Of a DNA stretch of 64,000 nt, positions 52,955 through 64,000 are shown piece by piece. The position numbers and the translations under genes are program-made. Numbering within the stretch: position 1 is the first letter of the stretch; each line of letters begins with the position of its first letter. Source of the DNA: Squalus acanthias (taxonomy: Eukaryota); NCBI GenBank assembly GCA_030390025.1, contig CM059432.1, positions 149,918,001-149,982,000 of the forward strand. The letters are read 5' to 3'. The notes beneath the pieces were generated by a model that saw only the letters and a list, made by a program, of their open reading frames with translations, did not search any database and was not told where the DNA came from.

Positions 52955-53089
52955 ATAATGGCATCTCTGAATGGCTTCTTAACTCATTCCATTATAGGTC
53001 ATGGGTTTTCTTTGTCCAGACCACTTCAAATGGTCTATTGAACAGAGTCCCCCAGCAACTCCTCCTCCATAATTGGGGAGCAATTTGAA

Positions 53090-53345
53090 CATTATTTTGA
53101 AAGGTTCCATTTACAAATTGAGAACAACTAAAGAAAATAGGAAAGGCAAGAGGAACTTTTTTAGTAAAAGGGTTGGTAATTTTGTGGAGCAGATTCCCAG
53201 CACTTGTAGTGGAACAAGAAAACTTAATGGGTTTCAAAAAGGAACTGGACTGGTTCTTGTCAACAAATGGGATTCAGGGTTATTAGAAATGCACCAAAGG
53301 GATACTGGGCTCGATAGATCGACGGTCTTCTCCTGCCTGAAACTG
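53090..53345 (+). mobile_element. Old CR1 3' end
   Basis: RNFFSKRV..W motif and a degenerate CR1 tail. Confidence 0.55.
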
Positions 53346-53352
53346 TGACTAT

Positions 53353-54128
53353 GGGGGGAATTTTGCCAGCCCTGGGGAGGCGGGTTTGGAGGCAGGACTG
53401 CCGGGAAAATGGCAGAAACTGGGAACGGGTACCGAACCCGCTCCCAACCCGCCTCTGTGCCATCTTCCCGGGAGGCGGGTCCCCGACCCGTGCCGGGTCC
53501 CATCTCCTGGAGGCAGGAAGGGGATTACAGCCACTTAACTGCCTGTTAACAGGTAGTCAAGAGGATTATCCCCATATTTCCAGCAGAGGTGCGGGCTTCC
53601 CGACGTCGGGAAACCCCGCCAGGGTCACCGAGGCGAGCAGTGGGTCTGCGGGGGTCGGAGGAGTCCAAAAGTGCGCTGTGGAGGTGAGTGATGGGCGCAA
53701 GTGTGGAGAGGTGAGTATGTGAGGTGAGTGTAAAGTGATAGAAAATGTTTACTTACCTTTGTTTCTTCCTGCAGGCTTCAAGAGTTGGGGATGCGGAGAC
53801 TCTCGCATCTCACCGGCAGAGATAACAGATCGCTGTTGCATTCTCCGATGCAACAACCATCTAATTTCTGCTGAAGAAAGAGGTTTGATGAGTCTTGAAT
53901 ACAAGGACTCATCAAACTACAGAGAATTTTTGACAGATGAAATGTCATACGCTGACGTTCTCTGTAATTGGCTTTCCCTTAATTGGCTGGCTAAACCCGC
54001 TGGGCGGGCTTAACAAGGTCAATGAAGGGAAGATAGCGTGGGTTGGCCAGAAGTCGATGGAGGCGGGACTACAACCCGACAAGTGGGAATCCCGCCTCCA
54101 AAAGCTGCCAATTGGCAAACTCCAGCCC
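53353..54128 (-). mobile_element. Second copy of the 12671-13515 Harbinger-type element
   Basis: Colinear reverse-complement homology along the whole length; both termini present. Confidence 0.8.
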
Positions 54129-54517
54129 CATGTTACAGTTTTAACATTTGCTCTATCTGCTGTATAATTGGCCCATCACATAACTGATCTTAGTTAGTTT
54201 GGACGTTTCATTAAAAGAGGAACAATTCTGAATCCGCCGGCAATCGATAAATGTAAAAATTGATTTCTCGTGTAGAAGTTGAATCAGACCTCTGGCGTTT
54301 GTAATCATGACCTGTTTCCTACAATACTTATTTGCCCGTCCTCAATACATTTGCTCTACAAAAATTGTAGTTTATAGCAGTGTTATTAAAATTTAAAATT
54401 TAAACTTCAGGACTTGGTGTTAGTCACAAGATTGCCCCAATGTACTTTGTTTATTGCCTGAAGCCTACTAAACACCATTTAGATTTCTCCTGTTGTTAAA
54501 CTGTGTCAATATGCTGT

Positions 54518-54737
54518 CATGATGCGGAGATGCCGGTGTTGGACTGGGGTGGACAAAAATGAGAAGTCGCACAACACCAGGTTATAGTCCAACAGTTTTA
54601 TTTAAAATTACGAGCTTTCGGAGCTGTTGCCCCTTCGTCTGGTACCTGTACCTTTACCTGAAGAAGGGGCGACAGCTCCGAAAGCTCGTAAATTTAAATA
54701 AAACTGTTGGACTATAACCTGGTGTTGTGCGACTTCA
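54518..54737. mobile_element. Fold-back Penelope mini-element (variant B)
   Basis: Inverted arms of about 80 bp; 11-bp TSD CAATATGCTGT. Confidence 0.85.
54653..54692 (+). ncRNA. Minimal hammerhead ribozyme motif (variant B)
   Basis: TTTAC-CTGAAGA-A-GGGGC-GACA-GCTCC-GAAA-GC-TC-GTAAA. The mirror copy at 54608-54644 (-) has core mutation CAGACGA. Confidence 0.8.
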
Positions 54738-54787
54738 CAATATGCTGTTAGTGTGATGTGTGGAATTACACTGATCAAAAGATGGAC

Positions 54788-55400
54788 CTTCTTCTTCTTA
54801 GGCAGTCCCTCGGAGCCGAGGATGACTTGCTTCCACACTAAAAATGAGTTCTCAGGTGCCTGATGAGCCCAATGCGGGACCTACAGTCTCTGTCATAGGT
54901 GGGGCAGACGGTGGTTGAAGGGGCGGGTGGGTGGGGTGCTTGGGTTGATGTGTGCTCCTTCCGCTGTTTGCGCTTGGCTTCCGCTTGCTCCCGGCGAAGA
55001 GACTCGAGGTGTTCGGCGCCTTCCCGGATGCTTCTCCTCCACTTTGTGCGGTCTTGGGCCAGGGATTCCCAGGTGTCGGTGGGGATGTTGCACTTTTTCA
55101 AGGAGGCTTTGAGGGTGTCCTTGAAGCGTCTCCTCTGCCCACCTGGGGCTCTCTTGCCGTGCCGGAGCTCCGAGTAGAGCGCTTATTTTGGGAGTCTCGT
55201 ATCGGGCATGCGGACAATGTGGCCCGTCCATCGGAGCTGATCGAGCATGGTCAAAGCTTCGATGCTGGGGATGTTGGCCTGAGCGAGAACACCGACGTTG
55301 GTGCGCCTATCATGCCAATGGATTTGCAGGATCTTGCAGAGGCAGCGTTGGTGGTACCTCTCCAGTGTTTGAGGTGCCTGCTGTACATGGTCCATGTCTC
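54788..55400 (-). mobile_element. RTE-clade LINE 3' end
   Basis: QLRWTGHIVRMPDTRLPK...GGQRRRFKDTLK; (GAA)n tail; near-identical to 62208-62923. Confidence 0.9.
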
Positions 55401-57496
55401 GTGCCCGTTTAAAAATCGCAGGCAGGATGTTATTTTAGTGCTCCCTGTTGATTTGAATGATTTCAGTGCACAGCCCAGTGACGAAAGTGTTGCTTCAGGC
55501 TGTGCGCTCAGCAGGAGGCCCACTGTTGCATCCCTGCAGCGCCCCTGGAGCGGGGCTGCATTTTCTTAAAGCAAGGCTGTCATTTTAGAAAGCAGTCTCG
55601 AGCCCTTAAAGGTGAACTGGCTTCTGAAAAAATGTTTTTAAATCATTCCAAACTGGGCAGTGTTCAGCTCTTAAAACCGAACTGCCTTCTGCACATAATA
55701 AATGGCAAAAGTGCTTCAGCACGAACACAAATGGCTCAACAGGCCAGGGAAGGGGCACCCAGGGTCTCGCACACAGCACTCCAGCTTTGTGCAGGGGGTC
55801 AACACTGGAAGAGGGGTCCTCTACCCACAGGGGCCAGGAGGCCCTCCAGAAAGAAGGATGTGGGATCAGATCTCAGAGGCCGCCACTGTCAGCAGTGTTG
55901 CCCTCACGACCTGGCTCCAGTGTCCACAGAAGTTTCATGACCTCAGATGAGTCCTCAAGGTCAGTGAATGCATCTTCAAAAGCCGTCTCCGACAAACTGC
56001 ATCACTAGACTCACACACTGCTCAATGCACAACCACCACCACCCCCCAATCACTCACCTACCAACAATGTCTACCAAACGCGAAGCACACCTCTCATTCC
56101 TAGCTTCACCTCACCCCTTTGGAGGAGACAGTGCTGGCCATTCTTGGCAGGGGCATGGCTGAGCCCTTGGCCAGCGGCGGGGCTGAAAGAATACAAGATG
56201 CCGGTATCCTCATACTTATCCTCCTCACATCCCACTTCCCCCTCATCCCACAATATCTTCTGACGTACAAGCAGCACATGGTGTAAGCATGCAGCTCTTG
56301 CTTCCCCACCCTCCCCTCACCACAACCCTACCCCTGCACCTTCCACATTACAGACATTCAAGAAATTCAGCCTGCCCAGCCAGTGGTTGACCAAGAAGAG
56401 GGCGAGGAGAGTGAAGAAGAAGAAGAAGATGTGACACTCCCAGCCACCAGCTCCTCGAGGTCGTCCTGCAAGGCCATCTGCAGTGTCCCCCACTGAAAGT
56501 CAGCAGCCTTCCACCAGCCATGCTGCAGCCACTGGGGTAGCACTGCATGACATCAGTAGGATAGGCAAAGGCACACGCAAGACAGTCACTAAGGGAATAC
56601 ACAAGGATGATTAGTTGACTTTTTGATGTCATATTGGATGCATATATGGATAAAGTTAGATTGGAAAGTTTGCTTTGTGGTGGTTTTTATGCCAGCATTG
56701 TGGCCAAGAGGGCAAAGTAATGGTCAGTAACAGAGGGAAGGTAAGGTGTGGAACAAATGTTGAAAGGGGAATTGGGGTTGTGGTCACTGGTACCGCAGGC
56801 GGATGATTCCATCCCAGATATCCCGGCCAGAAAGGGGCTGTCTGGGTTGCCTCCTTCCTTCCGCTTCCTCCTCTTCTGCATCTTCCTCTTCTGTTTCTTC
56901 CTCCTCCCTCTGCGAGCAGCTTGTCCCCTTTGCTGCCTCTGCTTCATCTCCATGTGATGTTGCAGCCCAAGGGGGACTGCAACTAGAGCCCCCAGGACAG
57001 GGAGCAAGTGGCCTTCTCAGAGGCCTGCCTTTAACATCCAAAGCCTTGCAAGCGTCCAGCAGCACTCCCTGTACTCCCTGCACACTTTAACAACTTTTTA
57101 AATGTATTGCACCAAGCCACTACGTCAATAAAATATAAAATAACCAGTCCAAAAACGGAAATTGAAAGATGCGTGTGTTCCTTTAAGAAGCGCTGGCAGT
57201 GTCTCTGTAACAACGCTGCATGCACGTTCTTCCGTGCGCGGTTAGGAGCGGGCGTTATGGCGTGCGGCAATGTCCAAAATCGCAGTTGTGCGTCAAATCA
57301 GGCGTTGCACGCCGATTGCCGTCCCAATCTGCACATTTAGATTGGAGAGGCGAGCGCAGGCAACGGCAGCGCTGCCGACCTCTCCAAAATGGCGGCCGCC
57401 GTGTTCCGCACCGGAAGTGGGTGGAAGCGAGGCCGCCGCCATTTTTTCAAGAAAACCGATCTTAATGGCCGCGTTACTACGGGGAATTTCGTGGCC
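55401..57496. mobile_element. Harbinger element with Myb/SANT-like gene remnant (+) and internally deleted transposase (-)
   Basis: MAQQAREGAPR...MWDQISEA..WLQCPQKFHDL (55730-55959); transposase N-terminus at 56900-57007 matches 32867-32980; right TIR aatttcgtggcc matches 32409. Confidence 0.85.
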
Positions 57497-57869
57497 CACA
57501 CGGTTGACTTTTACGCTATTTATTTCCGCAGGGATTCTTCTGGTCGTCTGCCCTAACTTCAACAAAGAAATGGCATAAATCTGTTTACGCTGTTTCTCCA
57601 GAGTTTCTATGGATTTGACACCAAAGTTATAGCTGATAGATGATCAGGAGGAACCCAGTGTAAATTCAACCACTTAATGCCCTCAGGGCAACTAGAGATG
57701 GACAATAAATACTGATTGGCAATGTCAGCCATGTTCCAAGAACAAATTAAAAAAATACAAACTGTTAGCAGCCCGTCTGTCAAAGGATGCAGCATCCTAC
57801 TGATCATAATGTGCTCGTCAGTCATAGCTGGTACTACCAGTCTATTTGAAATAGAAATTGAATTAATTT

Positions 57870-58470
57870 TTACAACAACATCTTTAACACAGATAAACAT
57901 CCAAAGGAACTTCACAAAGGTGTAATTTGAAAAAAGTGGATGCTGAGCCAAAGAAGGCCATATTAGGAGGGGTAACTAAAACCTTGGTCAAAGAGGTAGA
58001 CTTTACGGAAAGTCTTAAAAGAGCACATAGAGGTGGAAAGGTAGAGGGGTTTAGGGAGGGAATTCTAGAGCATGGGGCCTAGACGACCAAAGGCACGGCC
58101 ACTATTGGTGGGCCAGAGGGAGTGGGGATGCATCAGAGGCCAGAGTGAGAGTTTGGAAGGGGTTGTGGGGCTGGAGGAGATTACAGAGATTCAGAAGGGA
58201 GTGATTTAAACACAACAATTTGAAAATTTGAAATGTTAGGGAACTGGAAGCCAATATAGGACAGCAAGGACTGGGATGATGGATGAATGGGACTTGGTGC
58301 AAGACATGAGATGGGCAGAAGAGTTTTCAATAAGCTGAGGTTTATTGAGGGTTGAGGATGAAAGGCCAGCCCGGAGAGCATTGGAATATTCAAGTATGGA
58401 GTTGACAAAGGTATGGACGAGGGTTTCAGCAGCAAATGGGCTGGGGTAGGTCCAGAGGTGAGTGACGTTA
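57870..58470 (-). mobile_element. Old L2 3' fragment
   Basis: Homologous to 50901-51560. Confidence 0.75.
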
Positions 58471-58646
58471 CAGAACTAGATTTTCACAATGCTTGTTACT
58501 TTTATAGCCCAACAGAAACCACTGAAACACAAACAGTGCCAAACATTCAGAATCACAATCCATTAAATCCAAACAGTGCCAACCATTTAGAACCCCAATC
58601 TATTAAACACAAACAATGCCATCCATTCAGACCCTGTCTGTTAGCT

Positions 58647-58742
58647 TCATAAATCTGTATTTTGTTTGTGGTGGTAGAACAGATTAGCATTGTCTCCTTT
58701 GAAGTGATTGTTGTTAGGATTCCTAGAACGACGGCCCCATAC
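58647..58742 (-). CDS. Candidate terminal exon of an unidentified gene
   Basis: Acceptor tttatcatgtttctatag then VWGRRSRNPNNNHFKGDNANLFYHHKQNTDL*. Confidence 0.15.
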   Translation of the reverse strand, partial: VWGRRSRNPNNNHFKGDNANLFYHHKQNTDL

Positions 58743-59380
58743 CTATAGAAACATGATAAAGCAGCATTGATGCACATATATGAAGAACCATACACAAATA
58801 GGTAAATGCTTAAATAAGATTACATCCTGTCCATGTAATTGATTTATGAACTTCTTGCTCTATAATTTTGCTTCATACCAGCTGCTCTTCAGCTGCAAAC
58901 AGCTGTCTTTTCTTTCTTGCAGCAATAATAAATTTCCCTTGAGGATCAAGTCTTGTCGACTAAAATAACCAGCTCAGTGCTATCACCATCGAGGTAACGA
59001 CTTGAGCAACAATCCCCACAGAACCAGTGACACTTCGAACCTAATACTGGGTCAGACAGGTTTAATATTTCAGTTCCCATTTGTGATGGATCTTTCACCA
59101 GTGTAAATCTGTGCAATGAATCCGTGTTATCAACGTGCCTTTCGGGGAGCATGAACTGAGCTATTTGATCAGATCACTCTCACTTTGCCAAAGACAAAGA
59201 AACCTTAACAAAGTTCAACATCTGCTCTACTTCTAACTGGTGGGATGGGGTAATGACAAAGTTCAGCTCACAGTAAGATATTGAATAATGATGAGAATGG
59301 AAGGTGTGAGTCCTTGAATCAGGCTTGCATCATCCTCTGCTTTCAGTGCATGCCACAGACACCTCAGTCCTGCAAATTAA

Positions 59381-60110
59381 GGCCACAGATTTTGCTGAAG
59401 CAGGGCATCTAATGGTGCCTTCCATTAGTTAGACTTGCCCGTAAATATTTAGGTTTTTTAATTTTTTACGTGGCAAGTTGCTGAAAGTGTGAGCTGATGA
59501 CAGCGCAGCGAGGGAAACAGGGCATGCAACGGGGTATCTCCTTAACCAATCAGATTGAAGGATTGTGCAATAAACAGTTTCAGGATTGAGAAGGAAGTGT
59601 AAATTAGAGCGGGTGAATTCAACGTCAAATCAGGTACAGGAAGTGAGGGAAAGAAAGATTGGATTAACAGAGAGAGAAAAAAGAGACAGAAATAAATATA
59701 TATATTTTTTTAATTTTACATTTTTAAAATCTCCAACAAAAATTAAAATCTAAAGGAATGAGACGCCACACTTATAATAGTTCATTTTCAGTGCCAGAGT
59801 GGTTGATTGGCAGTAATTAACACTTATCACATCAATAAAAGGGTACTTAGACTTGAAATGACAAGGCTTAACTATCTTTGGCGAGTTTAGTTGGTATCTA
59901 CCAAGCAAATCCAGCAACTTCATGCCATTCAATGCATGTCAATGGTGAGGCGGTCAGCGAGATGCTGTTTATGCGAAGCTAATGGTGGAGCAGCGCATCT
60001 CGGACAGCAATCTTTGTAAATGCGTGTTCACGTGCGCATCTGCTGCTTGCCTGAAGTTACTGTACCATTTGCACATAAATAACGGCGAATGCCATTAGCC
60101 TCACTGGCCC
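59381..60110. mobile_element. MITE related to 11016-11759
   Basis: Starts ggccacagattttgc after TAA; similar internal layout. Right end is uncertain. Confidence 0.55.
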
Positions 60111-60352
60111 AAGGTGTCTTTACTCTGGGTCTGGGGAGACCAAACCGACCTCCATGCACTGCAAACCCGCATTAACACTGCAACATCCTCTGTTCTTGCC
60201 AACCATCTTACGCAGCACACTGCCGACTCACGCACCCTCCCACTACTGCCTCTCAAACCCACTGGCCGTTTCCATCTTTCACTGTATTTCCCTACAAAAT
60301 ATTTGCTTGCTTGGGAATAAGGTCCTCATCATCCATGACCGCATTGTATACT

Positions 60353-60549
60353 TGATGTGGAGATGCCGGTGTTGGACTGGGGTGGACCAATGTGAGAAGT
60401 CGCACAACACCAGGTTATAGTCCAACAGTTTTATTTGAAATCACAAGCTTTCGGAGCGCTGCTCCTTCATCAGGTGAACCTGAGGAAGGAGCAGCGCTCC
60501 GAAAGCTTGTGATTTCAAATAAAACTGTTGGACTATAACCTGGTGTTGT
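60353..60549. mobile_element. Fold-back Penelope mini-element (variant A)
   Basis: Near-perfect inverted arms of about 73 bp with a 4-bp spacer; 12-bp TSD GCATTGTATACT. Confidence 0.85.
60441..60477 (-). ncRNA. Minimal hammerhead ribozyme motif with canonical CUGAUGA core
   Basis: TCAC-CTGATGA-A-GGAGC-AGC-GCTCC-GAAA-GC-TT-GTGA. The mirror copy at 60478-60512 (+) has CTGAGGA and a shortened helix I. Confidence 0.85.
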
Positions 60550-62207
60550 GCATTGTATACTGACATCCTGGCACTAACAGGATCGTGGTTGCTGGAAATG
60601 CCCCTTTCTCCATAAAGAAGCCACCCCACCTGACATTTCTTTTCACCACTGGTTCTGCTCCGATGGCATCATGGCCCTTATCAGTAAGTCACATCTCGGC
60701 CTCTCCTGGTACTCTTCAATACCTTCTCCTCTTTTGAGCATTTCCCCACTTCCACCCCTCATTCCTCACATTCAGAATTCTCATCATTAACTGCTCATAC
60801 CAAGCCCCATGTCAACTTCCTCCCTGAGATGTCCTCACTTCTCTGTTCCATCAGCCTCTGTACCCAGCAACTCCTTTTTGTTGGTGATTTTAATCATCAC
60901 CTCAACTCACCCAGCCCCCCTCTTCTCTGAGATCACCACACTCCTCACCTCACTCAATCTAAACCTTTGTGTAAATTCCCATACCTAAATCTGAGCCACC
61001 TCCTCAACCTCACCAGCTCTCACAGCCTCCCTGGTCTTACTCTCTGACAAGGCTATATCTGGCTACTTCTTTATTATCTGGCTACTTCTTTATCTCATGG
61101 CCACCCATATTCCTTTACCCTCCTCCAAAACCATTACATTCACCATTCACCCTTGAGGCCAAAAACTATTCCCCGTTCCTTTACAATCTCACTCTAAATT
61201 CCCAAATCCCTTGCTTTTGGCCCTCTACTCGTCGCAATCCCTTTGCTGCTGTCGACTTGCTTAACTCTTCCCTCGTTTTCATCTTCAATACCCTCGCTCC
61301 AAGCAAAACTATCCCTGGCTTCCACCTCTGTCATTCTTCCAGGTACAGCCATCACCTTTGCTCCCACAAGTCTGAGGGGTTCAAACGCGAACATATCTGA
61401 TACATAACTGGCCTAGCCATGCCACAGCAGATCTGGCTTGACCATGTCAACACGACCATGCATCATTCTCCTCAGTCAGGACCACTCACTATTCTGGAAT
61501 CCTCCTGAAGGGTAAAGGTAGCCCCAAGTTCCTTTTTCTTGACAAACCATTTCCACAAACCCCTTTCACTTCCCCCACACCCTCACTCCAAACACCAAGT
61601 TCAAGGAGCACATAATTTCTTCATCACCAAGATCAAGACCATCTTTACAGCTACATCCGCTGCACCCTTCTTCTTGCCCTAAGCCCTAACCCTCTGTAGC
61701 CTCCCACTGACTGTAGCCTTGAAACCCTGTCTCTTGCTCCAGCTTCTCCCTCATCTCCCCTGCCCTTGTCAAGCTCATCCTCTCCTTGGGACCCACCTCC
61801 TGCCTCATCCCACTCAACTCTTGTACACCCAACTCTGAAGGTCCCATGCTACCTGACTGTCAATGGTTCCTCTCCTCAGACCCTTTCATAACTAGTCTTA
61901 TCATTTTGCTCATCAGAAAAACCTGCAGCAATCCTTCCACTAACTATCGCTCAATCACCAACCTTCTGTTCTTCTCTAAGGTCCTCAAATGTATTGTTGC
62001 CTCTGTGCCCATCTCTTGTGCCTCTCCATCGTAGCCCAGCTGGGTGGGACTGCACTCGCCTGGTTCCATTCTTATCTATCTAATCGTAGTCAGGGATTCA
62101 CCTGCAATGGCTTCTCTTCCCGCTCCCGCACAGTGTACACTTTCTTTTAAAGGAAAGGTGGATTTTGCAAGGCCTCATTCCTGGTTACTGGAGCATGTAC
62201 CATATAT

Positions 62208-62923
62208 CTTCTTCTTCTTCTTAGGCAGTCCCTCGGAACCGAGGATGACTTGCTTCCACATTAAAAATGAGTTCGCAGGTGACTGATGAGTCCAATGCGG
62301 GACCTACAGTCTCTGTCACAGGTGGGGCAGACGGTGGTTGAAGGGGCGGGTGGGTGGGGTGCTTGGGTTGACGTGCGCTCCTTCCGCTGTTTGCGCTTGG
62401 CTTCCGCTTGCTCCCGGCGAAGAGACTCGAGGTGTTCGGCACCTTCCCGGATGCTTCTCCTCCACTTTGTGCAGTCTTGGGCCAGGGATTCCCAGGTGTC
62501 GGTGGGGATGTTACACTTTTTCAAGGAGGCTTTGAGGGTGTCCTTGAAGCGTTTCCTCTGCCCACCTGGGGCTCTCTTGCCGTGCCGGAGCTCCAAGTAG
62601 AGTGCTTGTTTTGGGAGTCTCGTATCGGGCATGCGGACAATGTGACCCGTCCATCGGAGCTGATCAAGCGTGGTCAAAGCTTCGATGCTGGGGATGTTGG
62701 CCTGAGCAAGAACACTGACGTTGGTGCGCCTATCCTGCCGATGGATTTGCAGGATCTTGCAGAGGCAGCGTTGGTGGTACCTCTCCAGTGCTTTGAGGTG
62801 CCTGCTGTACATGGTCCATGTCTCTGAGGCATACAGCAGGGCGGGTATCACTGCTGCTCTGTAGACCATGAGCTTAGTGCCGGGTTTGAGGTCCTGGTCT
62901 TCAAACACTCTCTTCCTCAGGCG
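62208..62923 (-). mobile_element. RTE-clade LINE 3' end with open frame and C-terminal C2H2 finger
   Basis: ORF 62261-62908 LLYASETW...CPTCDRDCRSRIGLISHLRTH; (GAA)n tail; 9-bp duplication ACCATATAT. Confidence 0.92.
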
Positions 62924-63844
62924 ACCATATATACACTGCTCACAACTTCCCGGTTATTGATACTACTGACTGGAAAATCGAGAGCACCCTGACTTGTAGT
63001 GTTCGCCTCCATGTGCCAAATTGCTCGGTCTGCACTCCTGTTGAGTCTCAGCAGTTTCGTCGATGTAGGACAAATTACCACATATGAAATTTTACAAGTG
63101 CCAAAGGGCATTTTCAATAGAAATTGTCTGTTTTGTAATAATAGCAATTTAAAATAGGGAGCAAGACCTAACACCTGGATAAGGTGTTATCCTTCTATTA
63201 TCACTTCTATTATTAGACCTAGATAATTAAAACCTGATTAAAATCAGATGTCTTTACATATTTTCTAATCACCAGATCTGCCATTATATCTATGGAGAGT
63301 TCCATTTGTAGAATCTATTTCACCCAATAGATCCGAAGCGGTAGACATCAGTCTCAGTACAGTTTTTTTTTAATTTATGATGCTGCACTTTACAGATTGA
63401 TTTATCCCTGTACACAATATGAAATGTGACACACACAAAGATAACGGGAGCTTTGCCCCTCAAACAGACACTCCTTATATCTACATTTACTTTCATCAAC
63501 AGTTTATGACCCCAATAAGCTCTTTTCCTTTTTTCTTCAAAATTGGTTTGTTAAAGTTGATAAGCAGCCTTGCAGACTCAGGTACAAAGGGGAGAGTCCT
63601 TGTACTGTTGCTGGCAGTGCAGGGAATTAAGAGAGAACAGTGGACTTAGAGAATAATGTACTGGGAGCGTACAATGTGCTAGACAGCTGCAAAGGAGTGA
63701 AAGAGTACAGGGGCCAGGGAGACTGCAATGAACTGAGAGATTACATTTATTCAGAGGATAGAGTGTACTGAGAGGATGGAGTGGGTTGGGAGGGTGCACT
63801 GGCGTGGGAGGATAGAGTGGGATGATGGGATATAGTAGGCTGGT

Positions 63845-64000
63845 AGAGTTCAGTGGGCTGGGAGTGTTCAGTGGGCTGGGAGTGTTTGATGGGCTGGGAG
63901 AGTTCAGTGGGCTGGGAGAGTTCAGTGGGCTGGGGGAGTTCAGTGGGCTGGGAGTGTTCAGAGGGCTGGGAGTGTTCAGTAGGCTGGGAGTGTTCAGTGG
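63845..64000. repeat. 18-19-bp G-rich minisatellite (AGTGTTCAGTGGGCTGGG)n, running off the window
   Basis: Directly visible; a degenerate version extends upstream to about 63600. Confidence 0.95.

Larger units (their letters stand above)
60110..62130 (+). mobile_element. Very degenerate L2 (APE to RT region)
   Basis: Pyrimidine-rich; GDFN codons near 60882; NYRSITNLLFFSKVLKCIVA; homologous to 52000-52950. Confidence 0.7.

Noticed and set aside
54518..54737. Fold-back elements as pre-miRNA genes or DNA-transposon MITEs
   Set aside because: Arms are Penelope pseudo-LTR sequence, the ends are asymmetric with a unique tail, and TSDs are 11-13 bp.

Overview
Eukaryotic (vertebrate) genomic DNA. 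The repeat complement (HE1/V-SINE, Deu-domain SINEs, abundant CR1 and L2 LINEs) points to a cartilaginous fish, probably a shark; this is inference. The window reads as intronic or intergenic and is mostly transposable elements, often nested. It holds several CR1 families, including one near full-length copy with ORF1 esterase, APE and RT. It also holds a second poly(A)-tailed CR1-group LINE, L2, RTE, Penelope-like elements (PLEs), PIF/Harbinger transposase and Myb-like remnants with related MITEs, SINEs and two minisatellites. No host gene could be identified; four weak candidate exons and a few enhancer/promoter-like unique stretches are noted. The most striking structure is ten minimal type-I hammerhead-ribozyme motifs (about seven intact, plus one deleted remnant) in three co-varying sequence variants. 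They sit in PLE pseudo-LTRs, three of which form tiny (about 200-260 bp) fold-back insertions with 11-13 bp target-site duplications and one hammerhead on each strand.
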